DNA of 64,000 nt from an uncultured Candidatus Rokubacteria bacterium (GCA_963754315.1 CAVWFS010000006.1:128001-192000); one strand, 5' to 3'. Counted from the first letter of the stretch, positions 9,122-18,979 are shown. The notes: generated by a model from the letters alone, not told the origin. Made by a program: numbers and translations.

Positions 9122-10699
9122 TCATGTCGAGGCCCGGCCCCGACGCAACGCGCGCCCGGCCAGCACGCCCGTGTGCTTACCGTTGTCCACGACCACCTGA
9201 CCGTTCACGACCACGTAGTCGATGCCGATCGGGAACTGCTTGGGTTGAGTGCGGGTCGCCGGCGCCTTCACGGTTTTCGGATTGAACACCACGACGTCGG
9301 CCTTGAAGCCGTCGCGTAGCAGACCACGATCGGGAAGCCCCAGACGCTGGGCCGCGAACGACGTCATCTTCCGGATGGCATCGGGAAGCGCCAGGAAGCG
9401 CTCCTCGCGGACGAACTCGGCCAGGATGATGGGAAAGGTGCCGTAGGTCCGCGGGCTGGGGAAGTCGCCGATGAGCAGCGCGTCACTGCCCACCATCGAC
9501 AGGGGATGACTCACGAACTTCGGCAGGGTGGCCGCGTTGCCGCCTGCTGACACGTAAGACACCTCGAGGTTTTCGGCCACCAGCAGCTCGCAGATCACGT
9601 CCACCGGGTCCTTGTCCATCATGTCGGCTACCTGAGCGATGGAACGGCCCTCGAAGCGGTGGTGGCGCGCGTGCTTGAAGTTGGTGAGCCACATGTCGCT
9701 CCAGGCCGACGCCCGCGGGCCCATGTCCTTGCGTAGCCGTTCGCGCATCGCCTGGTCGCCGAGGACCGCCTTCAGTTTCTCGGGACCGCCGTCGTGCGCC
9801 CACTGGGGAATCAGGATCAGCAGGCGCGTGCTGCTGAGCGGGTACGGGTAGCTGTCGAAGGTGACGTCCAGGCCCTCGTCGCGCGCGTCCTCTACCAGCC
9901 CGAGCATGCGGCTGGCCCCGCCCGGGCTGGTGGTCCGATGGTAGAAGTGGGTAATGTGCACAGGCACGCCGCTGCCGCGCCCGATGTCGAGGGCCTCCCG
10001 GAACGGGTCGAGGAAGCGGTCACCCAGGCCGTAGCGCACGTGAGTGTGATAGATGCCACCGAGCCGCGCCGCCTCGCGCGACAGCTCGATCAGCTCTGCC
10101 GTATCGGCGTAGCTCCCCGGGGGGTAGTCGAGCCCGGTGGACATGCCGACTGCGCCCTCTTCCATCCCGGTTCGGAGTAGGGCCTTCATGTTGGCTTTTT
10201 CGCGCTCGGTGCCGGGACGATCGTCCCAACCCACCCCCGCGATGCGGAGCGGCGAGTTTCCAAGGATGTAGACGATGTTGACGGCCACCCGGTTGGAGAA
10301 CATGTCGAGATACTGCTCGACGGTGGACCAGCGCCCGGGCAACGGCGGGTTACCGTCCAGACCAGAGTTGATCTCGACGAAGCGATGGAAGTCCGCCTCG
10401 TTTGTGAAGGGGGCGTAGGAGCAGCCGTCGATGCCGATGAGCTCGGTCGTCACGCCCTGGCGGACCTTGGGCTCGTGGTGCGGCTCGGCCAGGATGACCA
10501 GCCCCGAGTGAGCGTGCATGTCGATGAAACCCGGGCACACTACATGTCCGCTGGCGTCGATCACACGGCGGGCGTCGACCCCGGCCAGGTCGCCGCGGAG
10601 GATGGCGACACGCTCGTGCTCCACCCCGACCGCACCGTAGAAGCCCGGGTTCCCGGTGCCGTCGATGATCAGTCCGTCACGGATCAGAAGGTCAAGCAC
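9122..10699 (-). CDS. N-acyl-D-amino acid deacylase (D-aminoacylase) family amidohydrolase
   Basis: IIDGTG, PGFIDMHAH, QGVTTE, GMSTGLDYPPG, GSDA, PRTYGTFP, DRGLL..GFKADVVVF; GGAGG before GTG. Confidence 0.9.
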   Translation of the reverse strand: MLDLLIRDGLIIDGTGNPGFYGAVGVEHERVAILRGDLAGVDARRVIDASGHVVCPGFIDMHAHSGLVILAEPHHEPKVRQGVTTELIGIDGCSYAPFTNEADFHRFVEINSGLDGNPPLPGRWSTVEQYLDMFSNRVAVNIVYILGNSPLRIAGVGWDDRPGTEREKANMKALLRTGMEEGAVGMSTGLDYPPGSYADTAELIELSREAARLGGIYHTHVRYGLGDRFLDPFREALDIGRGSGVPVHITHFYHRTTSPGGASRMLGLVEDARDEGLDVTFDSYPYPLSSTRLLILIPQWAHDGGPEKLKAVLGDQAMRERLRKDMGPRASAWSDMWLTNFKHARHHRFEGRSIAQVADMMDKDPVDVICELLVAENLEVSYVSAGGNAATLPKFVSHPLSMVGSDALLIGDFPSPRTYGTFPIILAEFVREERFLALPDAIRKMTSFAAQRLGLPDRGLLRDGFKADVVVFNPKTVKAPATRTQPKQFPIGIDYVVVNGQVVVDNGKHTGVLAGRALRRGRAST

Positions 10700-10717
10700 A
10701 TGGCGCCTCCCTTGGGC

Positions 10718-12112
10718 TCATCGCGGGCCCGCGAGGAGCGCGGTGAGCTCCCTCACGTCTTTCAGCCGTTCGAGCCGCCCCACCATGTCCACCACCTCCT
10801 GCGCCCGCGCGCGGGTCAGGGTGTCCACGGTGAGGGCCATGAACTTCGCCACCAGCTCGGGTCGCCCTCGCGGGTTGGCGGCGTCGCCGAGAACGACCGC
10901 AGTATCACGAGAGAGGACGTGGCCGTCCTGCAGCGTGATGGCCACTCGCGCCGTCGGCCTCTCGGAGCCACGGATCGACATCGAGGGATCGCCGCGCACC
11001 TCGACGCGGGCGGCCAAGCGACGGATGCGCGGATCGTTGCGCGCGCTATCGGCAAACGCCGACACGTCCGTCGTGCCCGTGACCAGGGCCGCCGCCACTG
11101 CGTACGGCACGGAGAACTTGGCCGCCAGCATCGTAGCGGGCTCGGGATCGGCCATGCGGGTGACGAACGGCAACGAGGTGACGGTGACGTGCTCCACGGC
11201 ATCGGGCCCGATCCCGTGCTCCCGCACGAGGGCATGAACGGCGTCCAGAGCCGGATGGTTGTAGAGGCAGCACGCATGGAACTTGAAATAGTTGCGCTCG
11301 ATGCGGAGCGTGCTCAGCCGGCCGTCGGGGCCGAGCTCCTCTATGGCTGCCTCCGGATCGAAGCCCTCGGCCAGGAGCGTGCCGTACACATCGGAGGGCG
11401 CGTCGGCGACCGCCGTGTATCCGCACGCGAGGAGGTGCACGGCCAGGATCCCCTGGAGCCCCGCGCGCCCTGGATAGAGATTGCGAATGGTGGCGCCCTC
11501 GAAGCACGGCCCCCACGAGTTGGCGGGGCTCATCGAGGTGGCGAGGTTGATGACGGTGCGGAGCGAGTCTGCCTCGTGCCCGAGCAGCCGCGCTACCGCC
11601 ACCGCGGCCCCGGCGGTCCCCCACGTTCCGTGCGAATGCAGGTTGGGACGCGGCCGTGTGGCTCCACCAAGGCGCGAGGTGATCTCGTAGCCCGCGACCA
11701 GCGCCTCGATGAGCCGCCCGCCGTCGGCTGCGCGTTCCTCGGCCACCGCCAGAGCAGCTGGCAGAACGTGGATCGCGGGGTGCCCACCGCCCCAGCGATT
11801 GCCCTCGTCGACCTCGAGCGACACGCCAGCCGTGCCGTTGGCGAGGGTGGCCAGCATGGGGTCCGCCTTGAGCGCGTGGCCAATGAGGGTCGCGGCGCGG
11901 ATGCCCGAGCGCACGGCGGCGAGGTCGGCGAGGCGACTGTTCTCGGGCAAACGACTGCCGGCCAGAATGGCGCCGAGCGTGTCGAGAACCACGTCTCGCG
12001 CGGCGTCGATGGCAGCGGGCGCCAGATCGTCGATCCGCACGCCCTCAGCGAAGCGGGCCAGCCGCGTCAGGTACTCGGAGCCCAGCGCGGGAGCCGGCCG
12101 AACGTCGCTCAC
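10718..12112 (-). CDS. MmgE/PrpD family protein
   Basis: ANGTAG..LEVDEG, GHPA, VAGYEI, HSHGTWG, FKFHACC..NH, AKFSVPY. Confidence 0.9.
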   Translation of the reverse strand: MSDVRPAPALGSEYLTRLARFAEGVRIDDLAPAAIDAARDVVLDTLGAILAGSRLPENSRLADLAAVRSGIRAATLIGHALKADPMLATLANGTAGVSLEVDEGNRWGGGHPAIHVLPAALAVAEERAADGGRLIEALVAGYEITSRLGGATRPRPNLHSHGTWGTAGAAVAVARLLGHEADSLRTVINLATSMSPANSWGPCFEGATIRNLYPGRAGLQGILAVHLLACGYTAVADAPSDVYGTLLAEGFDPEAAIEELGPDGRLSTLRIERNYFKFHACCLYNHPALDAVHALVREHGIGPDAVEHVTVTSLPFVTRMADPEPATMLAAKFSVPYAVAAALVTGTTDVSAFADSARNDPRIRRLAARVEVRGDPSMSIRGSERPTARVAITLQDGHVLSRDTAVVLGDAANPRGRPELVAKFMALTVDTLTRARAQEVVDMVGRLERLKDVRELTALLAGPR

Positions 12113-12162
12113 TGGCTACCGCCTTCGCTGAGCGCCAGCCGGCTGTCGCACATCTCCGTCAT
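12109..12162 (-). CDS. Putative 17-aa upstream ORF (MTEMCDSRLALSEGGSQ) overlapping the MmgE/PrpD start
   Basis: GGGAGG-6 nt-ATG; its TGA overlaps the GTG start (GTGA). Confidence 0.35.
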   Translation of the reverse strand: MTEMCDSRLALSEGGSQ

Positions 12163-12219
12163 GATAGTCCTCCCATGACGCGAATACGGGTCAGGGTGTC
12201 GGGACGCGTGAGGACATGG

Positions 12220-12248
12220 ACGTTACCGGGGCGGGGCGGTCAAGTCAA
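12220..12248 (-). promoter_or_regulatory. Putative sigma70 promoter for the MmgE/D-aminoacylase unit
   Basis: TTGACT-17 bp-TAACGT on the minus strand. Confidence 0.55.
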
Positions 12249-12340
12249 CGAGCACCATGCGAGGATGCGCCGGCGGCCAAGGAGGAGGCCCAGCGGCAAT
12301 CCTCGTGGTGACTGCCATGGAGTAGGTTCGGTGACGTCCA

Positions 12341-13307
12341 TCATTCGATGACGTGATCCGCTTGCAGGAGCAGCGATGGTGGAATCGTCAGGCCCAGTGC
12401 CTTCGCGGTCTTCCGGTTGATCACAAATTCGAACTTCGTGGGCTGCTCAATGGGCAAATCGGCGGGCTTGGCGCCCTTGAGGATCTTGACGACATAGGTG
12501 GCGGCGCCGCGGAACAGTTCGGGGTAGTGTGGCCCATAGGCCATGAGGCCGCCCGCCTCGACGAACTCCCGCGGTCCCGAAACGGTCGGCAGCCGGTTCT
12601 TGAGCGCGAGGTCCACGATCTGCTGCCAGTGGTTCTGGAGGGTGAGGGCCACGATGAGACCATCCACGCGTGCCCGGTGCATGCTCGCGAAGGCGCGCTC
12701 GACCTGATTTGAGTCGCGCACGGACACGGTCGTGACCTGGACGGCGAGGGTCCGCCCGGCCGCCTCTGTCTCCGCCACCGCTCGTTTCGTGATCTGCTGA
12801 TTGATGAGATGCGACACATGGGACAGCTTGGGCGCAATTGTCTTCAGAAATTCCACCCTCTTCGAGGCGATCTCGGCCACCGCCGTCGAATGTCCCGTGA
12901 TATTGCCTCCCGGCCGGGCCAGGGCCGCCACGAAGCCCTCGCCAACGGGATCACCACTGAAGGCCATGACAATGGGTATCGTCTGCGTTGCCTGCTGGAC
13001 AGCGCGAACCGCCGAGCTTGGCGCGGCAACAATCACGTCGACTCTGAGTCGAACGATCTCCACGGCAAGGTCGGGCAGCCTCTCGAACTTACCGTCCGCG
13101 TATCGAGCCTCGATCACCGCATTCTGCCCCTCGACGTAGCCGAGCGCGCGGAGACCCTGGCGGAACGCCTCTCGGCGCGGAGTATCGGCGTCCACCGATA
13201 GCGGAGAGAGATATCCGATCCTGACGGTCTTCACTGGCGGCTGCGCCTCAACGGCGCGCGGCGAAACCGACCAGGAAGAGGGCGACGAGCACGGCGCCGA
13301 GAGACAT
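12341..13307 (-). CDS. ABC transporter substrate-binding protein (ABC_sub_bind type); frameshift in signal peptide near 13265
   Basis: AFRQGLRALGYVEGQN, TQTIPIVM, LARPGGNITG, GGLMAYG, KILKGAKPADLPIEQPTKFE; AAGGAGG-ATG at 13307 is in another frame. Confidence 0.85.
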
Positions 13308-13407
13308 GGCCTCCTTCACGAGGCGGCGGCGCCGCTGAACACCAGCGGCCTGCGCGTGTCTCACACGGTGGGTGTCCTGGGCCCTCAGGGCGCTTGGCCG
13401 CGCGCCC

Positions 13408-14829
13408 TCACACGGCGGGGCCGTCTTGGATAGCGACCGCGAGCTTGCCAGGGACGCGACGGCCGGCGCCAGGCTGGCCGCTGAGCTTCCCGTTCTCGAC
13501 GACTACGCGGCCGCGTAAGATCACGAGAGTCGGCCAGCCGTGGACTTCCCAGCCATCCCACGCGCTGTAATCGGAGCCGTGGAGGTCCTCGGAGCGGAGC
13601 GTGCGGCGCACCGTCGGGTCGAAGACGACGATGTCGGCGTCGCTGCCCGGCGCCAGCGCGCCCTTGCGCGGATAGAGGCCAAGCAGCTTGGCGGCGTTCG
13701 TCGAGGTGACGGCCGCGAAGCGCTCGACCGACATCCCTCGCTTGGATACCCCCTCGGTGTAGATGATGGGCACTCGCGTCTCGACCCCGACGTGACCGCC
13801 GGTGGCGTCGGCGATGTGCCGGCTGCGGACCTTGACCGCCCGCGGCGTGCACAGCTCGTCGGTGGCGACGGTGCTGAGCGTTCCGCTCCGGAGGCCGCTC
13901 CAGAGGCGCTGGCGGTCCTCCTCGTGCTTGAGTGAGGGATAGGTGTGATAGAGAACACCGTCAGGCCGCTGGTAGACCTCGGCGGTGAAGGTCGCGTAGT
14001 GATGCAGAGTCTCGCCATAGATGGCGCGGCCCTCGGACCGCGCTTCGGCGATGGCCTCCACACCGGCCGCCGCACTCACGTGTACGAAGTAGACGGCGGC
14101 GCCCTCGACGTAGCGCGCCAGGCGGAGTACACGACGGAATGAGATGTCCTCGGACATGGCGCTGTGGACCAGGGGCATGTTCTGGATGTCGGTGCGGCTC
14201 TCGCGTTCCAGGCGCTCGTACATGTACATCACGAGGTCGTCGTCCTCGGCGTGGATGGCCAGGAGCCCGCCGTGCTTGGCCGCCATCTCCATGATGGCCC
14301 ACAAGTGGCCGAGGCGGATCATGCGCCCCTTCCCGACTGGCCGCACATCGGTGGTGAAGATCTTCAAGCTCGGGAAGCCGGCCTGGATGGCCTCCGGGAT
14401 CTCGGCAACGACCTCGGGCGGGACGGCCCCCTGGAGCATCACGTGGAGGGCGTGGTCCGTGTAGCCTGGACGCCAGACCGATTCCTTGTCGTCGATCGCC
14501 CGAGCGATGGTCATGCCGGGTTCCCACACGGCGAAGTCGACGAGCGTGGTGGTGCCGCCCTGAATGGCGGCGCGGCTCACCTGCTCGGGCGCCGCGCTCG
14601 TCGTGAACCCGCCACCCAGGGCCGGGATGGGCCAATGGGTGTGCACGTGAGGATCGATACCGCCGGGGATGACGAGCTTGCCTGTCGCGTCCACGACACG
14701 GCCGGCGTCGGCGGGTAGGCTGCCGGGCGTCGCCACGGCGACGATGCGCTCCCCCTCGACGCCGATGTCCCAGGCTCCCACGCCTTGAGGGGTAACGACC
14801 TGTCCACCACGGATCAGGAGATCAAGCAT
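13408..14829 (-). CDS. Dihydropyrimidinase/hydantoinase-like cyclic amidohydrolase
   Basis: PGGIDPHVH, GGTTT, SLKIF, HAED, VHVS, NAAKLLGLYPRKG, GSDADIVVFDP. Confidence 0.88.
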   Translation of the reverse strand: MLDLLIRGGQVVTPQGVGAWDIGVEGERIVAVATPGSLPADAGRVVDATGKLVIPGGIDPHVHTHWPIPALGGGFTTSAAPEQVSRAAIQGGTTTLVDFAVWEPGMTIARAIDDKESVWRPGYTDHALHVMLQGAVPPEVVAEIPEAIQAGFPSLKIFTTDVRPVGKGRMIRLGHLWAIMEMAAKHGGLLAIHAEDDDLVMYMYERLERESRTDIQNMPLVHSAMSEDISFRRVLRLARYVEGAAVYFVHVSAAAGVEAIAEARSEGRAIYGETLHHYATFTAEVYQRPDGVLYHTYPSLKHEEDRQRLWSGLRSGTLSTVATDELCTPRAVKVRSRHIADATGGHVGVETRVPIIYTEGVSKRGMSVERFAAVTSTNAAKLLGLYPRKGALAPGSDADIVVFDPTVRRTLRSEDLHGSDYSAWDGWEVHGWPTLVILRGRVVVENGKLSGQPGAGRRVPGKLAVAIQDGPAV

Positions 14830-14868
14830 GGCTGTGTCTCTGGCCTCCAGCGCCGCTCATCAAGCGCA

Positions 14869-15879
14869 TCAGTATTCGTCGAACATGCGTTGGACCTCGC
14901 CCGGGTCCTCGGTGCGGGTGAGGGCCAGCATGGCGAGCACACGCGCCTTCTGAGGATTGAGGTTATCGGCAGTGACAAAGCCCCGCTCGCGCAGGGCGGC
15001 GCGGGGCAGCACGCGGCCGCTGCCGGCCCGGCTCGATAGCACGACCAGGACCCCCCGCCTTCGTGCCTCCAGGAGCGCTTCGGTCTCCGCGGGTGTGGTC
15101 ATGCCCGGCGGCAGCGACGCCGAGACGATGGCGCGGGCACCCGCCGCCACGAAGGCCTTGATGGCGGCGCCGTCGGCCCCCGCATACGACGCCGCGATGT
15201 CCACGCGTGGAAGGTCGGTACGGCCTCGCACGTCGAACTCCGTCCCCGGTGCGTGGCGTCGTGACGGCCGTCGGTAGATGGCGACGCGACCGTCCGGATC
15301 CGCGTAGCCGAGCATGCCAAGGTCCGGGCTCCGGAAAGTCTCGACGCGGAGCGTGGAGGCCTTGGTCACTTCGCGGGCGGCCTGAACCTCGTCGTTGAGG
15401 AGGACGAGCACTCCGAGCCCACGCGCCGCGGGCGCTCCCGCGACGCGTAGGGCGTTCAGGAGGTTGAGTCCCGCGTCCGAGCTGAGGCCCGTGGCCGGGC
15501 GTTGCGACCCGACCAGGACAACCGTCGCGTCGACCTTGAGCGTGAGGTTCAAGAAGTACGCGGTTTCTTCCAGGGTCGCGGTGCCGTGCGTGATGACGAT
15601 GCCGTCGAGGGGCGCCTCGCGCACAACGGCGGCGTCCACCGCCGCCGCGAGCGCTAACCAGTCGCTGGGCCCGATGGCCGGGCTCGACATCGCACGGAAG
15701 CGGACGCAAACAACATCCGCAACCTCAGCGGCCTCCGGGAACCGGGTCAGCAGCTCGTCGGGCTCCGCCTTGCGACCCGCGTCCATGTACTCCCACAGGT
15801 CGAGGCTGTCGCGGCCGATCGAGGAGATCGTCCCGCCCGTGCCGATGAGGGCCACCCGTCGCTTGGTGTGCAGTGGCAT
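14869..15879 (-). CDS. Asparaginase-family amidohydrolase (HGTAT variant)
   Basis: TGGTI, HGTATLEETAY, GSQRP, REVTK, DNLNPQKARVL. Confidence 0.88.
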   Translation of the reverse strand: MPLHTKRRVALIGTGGTISSIGRDSLDLWEYMDAGRKAEPDELLTRFPEAAEVADVVCVRFRAMSSPAIGPSDWLALAAAVDAAVVREAPLDGIVITHGTATLEETAYFLNLTLKVDATVVLVGSQRPATGLSSDAGLNLLNALRVAGAPAARGLGVLVLLNDEVQAAREVTKASTLRVETFRSPDLGMLGYADPDGRVAIYRRPSRRHAPGTEFDVRGRTDLPRVDIAASYAGADGAAIKAFVAAGARAIVSASLPPGMTTPAETEALLEARRRGVLVVLSSRAGSGRVLPRAALRERGFVTADNLNPQKARVLAMLALTRTEDPGEVQRMFDEY

Positions 15880-15965
15880 GCCGACGCGGTCGTGCTATCA
15901 CGCGCGCAGTCGGCCTGTCAATGTCGTCGTCCTGTACTCCGGCGACGTGTGCTAGTGTTTGCTTC

Positions 15966-16967
15966 ATGCCAATTCAACTCGTACCGCGAGTCCTCCAGTC
16001 CGACCAGGTCCTCGAGCACCTCCGGGGCCTTCGGGCCCGTCAGCCGGTCAGCTACTGGGCCTTCTATTCGAGCCAGCTCGGCGGGATCGTGACCGACCCC
16101 GCCCTCATGGTCCTGCCTTTCGACGACCATATGGTGCACCGCGGCCACGGGGTCTTCGACACGGCGGCCATCGTGGACGGCAAGATCTACGACCTGCAGG
16201 CCCATCTCGATCGGTTTGTCCGTTCGGCCAGCCTCTCAAAGCTCAGGTTGCCCTGCACGCGCGAGGAGATGCAGCAGCTGATCACGCGCACGGTGGCGGC
16301 CAGCGGTAAACGTGATGGCTCCATCCGATACTGGATCTCGGGGGGGCCTGGGAGCCTCGGCTTGGCTCCTGCTGCGGGCGCGGAGCCTGGCTTTTTCGTC
16401 ATGGTCTTTGCCGGCCTCGCCTATTCGGAGACCTGGTTCACGCAAGGCCTGCGGGTCATGACCACGACCTATCCGATCAAGCCGCCGCTCTACGCCATCA
16501 CCAAGAGCACCAACTATCTGCCCAACGTCCTCATGCAGCTCGAAGCGCAGGAGGCGGGCCTCGACAACGGCGTCTTCGTCGACGAGGCTGGGAACGTGGG
16601 CGAGAGCTCCAACATGAACGTTGCGTTCGTCGGCGACGACGACGTGCTGCGGCATCCGAAATTCGATCACATCCTCTCCGGGTGCACGTCGCTACGCCTG
16701 CTGGAGCTAGCCCGCCGGCTCGAGGGCGGGCCCCTGCGCGGCGTGCAGGTGTGCGACATCTCGGTCGGGGAGGCGCGCGCGGCCCGCGAGATGCTGTTGA
16801 TCGGTAGCTCGGTCAAGGTCGCGCCCATCGTCGAGTGGGACGGCAAGCCCATCGGCGACGGTAAGCCGGGCCCCATCGCCCGAGCCCTGCGCGAGCTTCT
16901 CGAGCAGGACATGCGTACGGGGCGGGACCGGCTCATCGACGTCCCTTACGGAGCAGGGTCGGCCTAA
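15966..16967 (+). CDS. Class IV PLP aminotransferase, plant-type D-amino acid transaminase/ADC lyase-like
   Basis: DDHMVHRGHGVFDT, HLDRF, KSTNYLPNV, ESSNMNVAF, ILSGCT. Confidence 0.85.
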   Translation: MPIQLVPRVLQSDQVLEHLRGLRARQPVSYWAFYSSQLGGIVTDPALMVLPFDDHMVHRGHGVFDTAAIVDGKIYDLQAHLDRFVRSASLSKLRLPCTREEMQQLITRTVAASGKRDGSIRYWISGGPGSLGLAPAAGAEPGFFVMVFAGLAYSETWFTQGLRVMTTTYPIKPPLYAITKSTNYLPNVLMQLEAQEAGLDNGVFVDEAGNVGESSNMNVAFVGDDDVLRHPKFDHILSGCTSLRLLELARRLEGGPLRGVQVCDISVGEARAAREMLLIGSSVKVAPIVEWDGKPIGDGKPGPIARALRELLEQDMRTGRDRLIDVPYGAGSA

Positions 16968-17034
16968 GGTCCCGGACGCGAGGCCGGCGTCCGCGAACGG
17001 GGCGAGAGGCATCGGACGCCGAGCCTGAGCCCCG

Positions 17035-18021
17035 TCAGTGGCCCAGGCGACGCGGAATAATGGGTTCGGTTCCCATCCCGAACCAGCGGTGGGCGTAGCG
17101 GCGGATGGCGCCGCTGAGCCCGAAGGGCATGAAGATGATGGTGAGCACCATGATCACCCCGTAGACCAGCGCCTGCCAGACGTCCAGTCCTGCGAGCAGT
17201 TCGGGCAGGATGATCAGAAACGCCGCCCCCAGCACCGAGCCGAGGAGAGACGCCAGCCCCCCCAGGATGATGATCGTGATGAACTGGATCGACAGGAAGA
17301 AGCTGAACTCCTGGGGATCGAGGAATCCCACGAGGTACGCGCTCAACGCTCCGGCCAGGCCTGTGTAGAGCGCGCTGATGGCGAAGGCGATCGTCTTGTA
17401 CCGGGCCAGGTTCACGCCCATGGCCTCGGCCGCCCGCTCGTTCTCGCGGATGGCGAGGAAGGCCCGCCCCGTCCGTCCCCGCACGACATTGCGGGCGACG
17501 ATGAGCATGGCGATGGTGACGGCCAGCAGAAGATAGTACTTGCGGTAGTCGGTATCAAAGATGAACCCGAGCACGGAGGCGGGCTGTACTTTCAGACCTT
17601 CTGATCCCCGCGTGACCACGGCCAGCTGCAAGAGCATTTCCTGGACGATGAGGGTGAAGCCGAGGGTGGCCATGGCGAGGTAGAGGCCGCTCAGGCGCAG
17701 GCACGGCAGCCCCAGCAGGTAACCGACGATGGCCGTGAAGACGGCGGCGGCCAGGACGCAGAGCACGGACGGCCATCGGGCTGACTCCGCCAGCACCCCC
17801 GCGGTATAGGCTCCAATGGCGAAGAAGGCGGCGTGCCCGAGGGACACCTGGCCGGTATAGCCGATGAGGAGATTCAGCCCCAGCGCGACCAGCACGTAGA
17901 TGAAGAGACGAGCCGTCACGTGGATGATGTAGTTGTCGGCCATGTTGGGAAGAGCCAGCAGGCCGACCACCACCGCCGCCAGGAAGGGGCGCTGCAGTCG
18001 CGTGAGCGCCGCCGGGCCCAT
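17035..18021 (-). CDS. livM: Branched-chain amino acid ABC transporter permease
   Basis: GYTGQVSLGHAAFFAIGAY, LRLSGLYLAMATL, GRAFLAIRENE. Confidence 0.9.
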   Translation of the reverse strand: MGPAALTRLQRPFLAAVVVGLLALPNMADNYIIHVTARLFIYVLVALGLNLLIGYTGQVSLGHAAFFAIGAYTAGVLAESARWPSVLCVLAAAVFTAIVGYLLGLPCLRLSGLYLAMATLGFTLIVQEMLLQLAVVTRGSEGLKVQPASVLGFIFDTDYRKYYLLLAVTIAMLIVARNVVRGRTGRAFLAIRENERAAEAMGVNLARYKTIAFAISALYTGLAGALSAYLVGFLDPQEFSFFLSIQFITIIILGGLASLLGSVLGAAFLIILPELLAGLDVWQALVYGVIMVLTIIFMPFGLSGAIRRYAHRWFGMGTEPIIPRRLGH

Positions 18022-18023
18022 CC

Positions 18024-18899
18024 TCAGACCTTCTTCATGGGGGCGGCGCCGAACAGGCCGCTCGGCCGCACGACGAGGACGAGGATCAAGAGGATGTACG
18101 TCGAGACCTGCTTGATCCCGGCGTTGAAGAAGTACCCCGAGAGGTTCTCCAGGATTCCCAGCAGCATTCCCCCGACGATCGCGCCCGGGATGCTGCCGAA
18201 CCCTCCCAGGATCGCCCCGGCAAAGGCCTTGACCCCGATGAACCCGAGGTTGGGATCGAGGTAGATGATGGGCGCGATCAGCACGCCGGCCACGCCGCCG
18301 ATGGCGGCGCTGATGGCCCAGGTCATGGAGAAAATCCGCTTCACGCTGACCCCCATGAGGCTGGCGGCGACCTGGCTCTGGGCGGTCGCCCGCATGGCCG
18401 TCCCCATCTTCGTGAACTTGAAGAACAGGTACAGGATGAGCATGATGACGAGGGAGAACCCGATGACCCCCGCGTCCATGATGGAAAAGTTCACCACACC
18501 GACGCGGATGGGATCTTTGGGGAAAATGGTCGGAAGCGGAAGCACGTCGTACCCGTAGGCGATGCCGGCCAGGGAGCGCAGGATGGTCGACGCGCCGATG
18601 GTGGCGATGACGATGCTGAAGATCGGGGCGGTCATGATGGGCCGCACGACCACCCGTTCCAGGATCACTCCCATGACCCCGGAGAGGACGATCGTGATGA
18701 GCAGCACCACCAGGTAGGGGAGCCCGGCCCAGATGAGCAGGGTGTAGCTGATGAAGCCGCTGACCATGACGAACTCGCCCTGGGCGAAGTTCACCACGTC
18801 GGTGGCCTTGTAGATGAGGACGAAGCCGAGAGCGATGAGCGCGTACACGCAGCCGGTCGCCAAGCCGCTGACCACCTGACTGGTCAGGATCTCGACCAT
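18024..18899 (-). CDS. livH: Branched-chain amino acid ABC transporter permease
   Basis: YALIALGFVLIYKAT..VNFAQGE, GTAMRATAQ, GGFGSIPGA. Confidence 0.9.
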   Translation of the reverse strand: MVEILTSQVVSGLATGCVYALIALGFVLIYKATDVVNFAQGEFVMVSGFISYTLLIWAGLPYLVVLLITIVLSGVMGVILERVVVRPIMTAPIFSIVIATIGASTILRSLAGIAYGYDVLPLPTIFPKDPIRVGVVNFSIMDAGVIGFSLVIMLILYLFFKFTKMGTAMRATAQSQVAASLMGVSVKRIFSMTWAISAAIGGVAGVLIAPIIYLDPNLGFIGVKAFAGAILGGFGSIPGAIVGGMLLGILENLSGYFFNAGIKQVSTYILLILVLVVRPSGLFGAAPMKKV

Positions 18900-18979
18900 C
18901 TCGTCGTCTCCGGTCCGGCGCCGCCGGGGCCGTTCGCCCGCGGCGGCACCTTTCGGATTTCGCTTACGGGACCGCCAGA

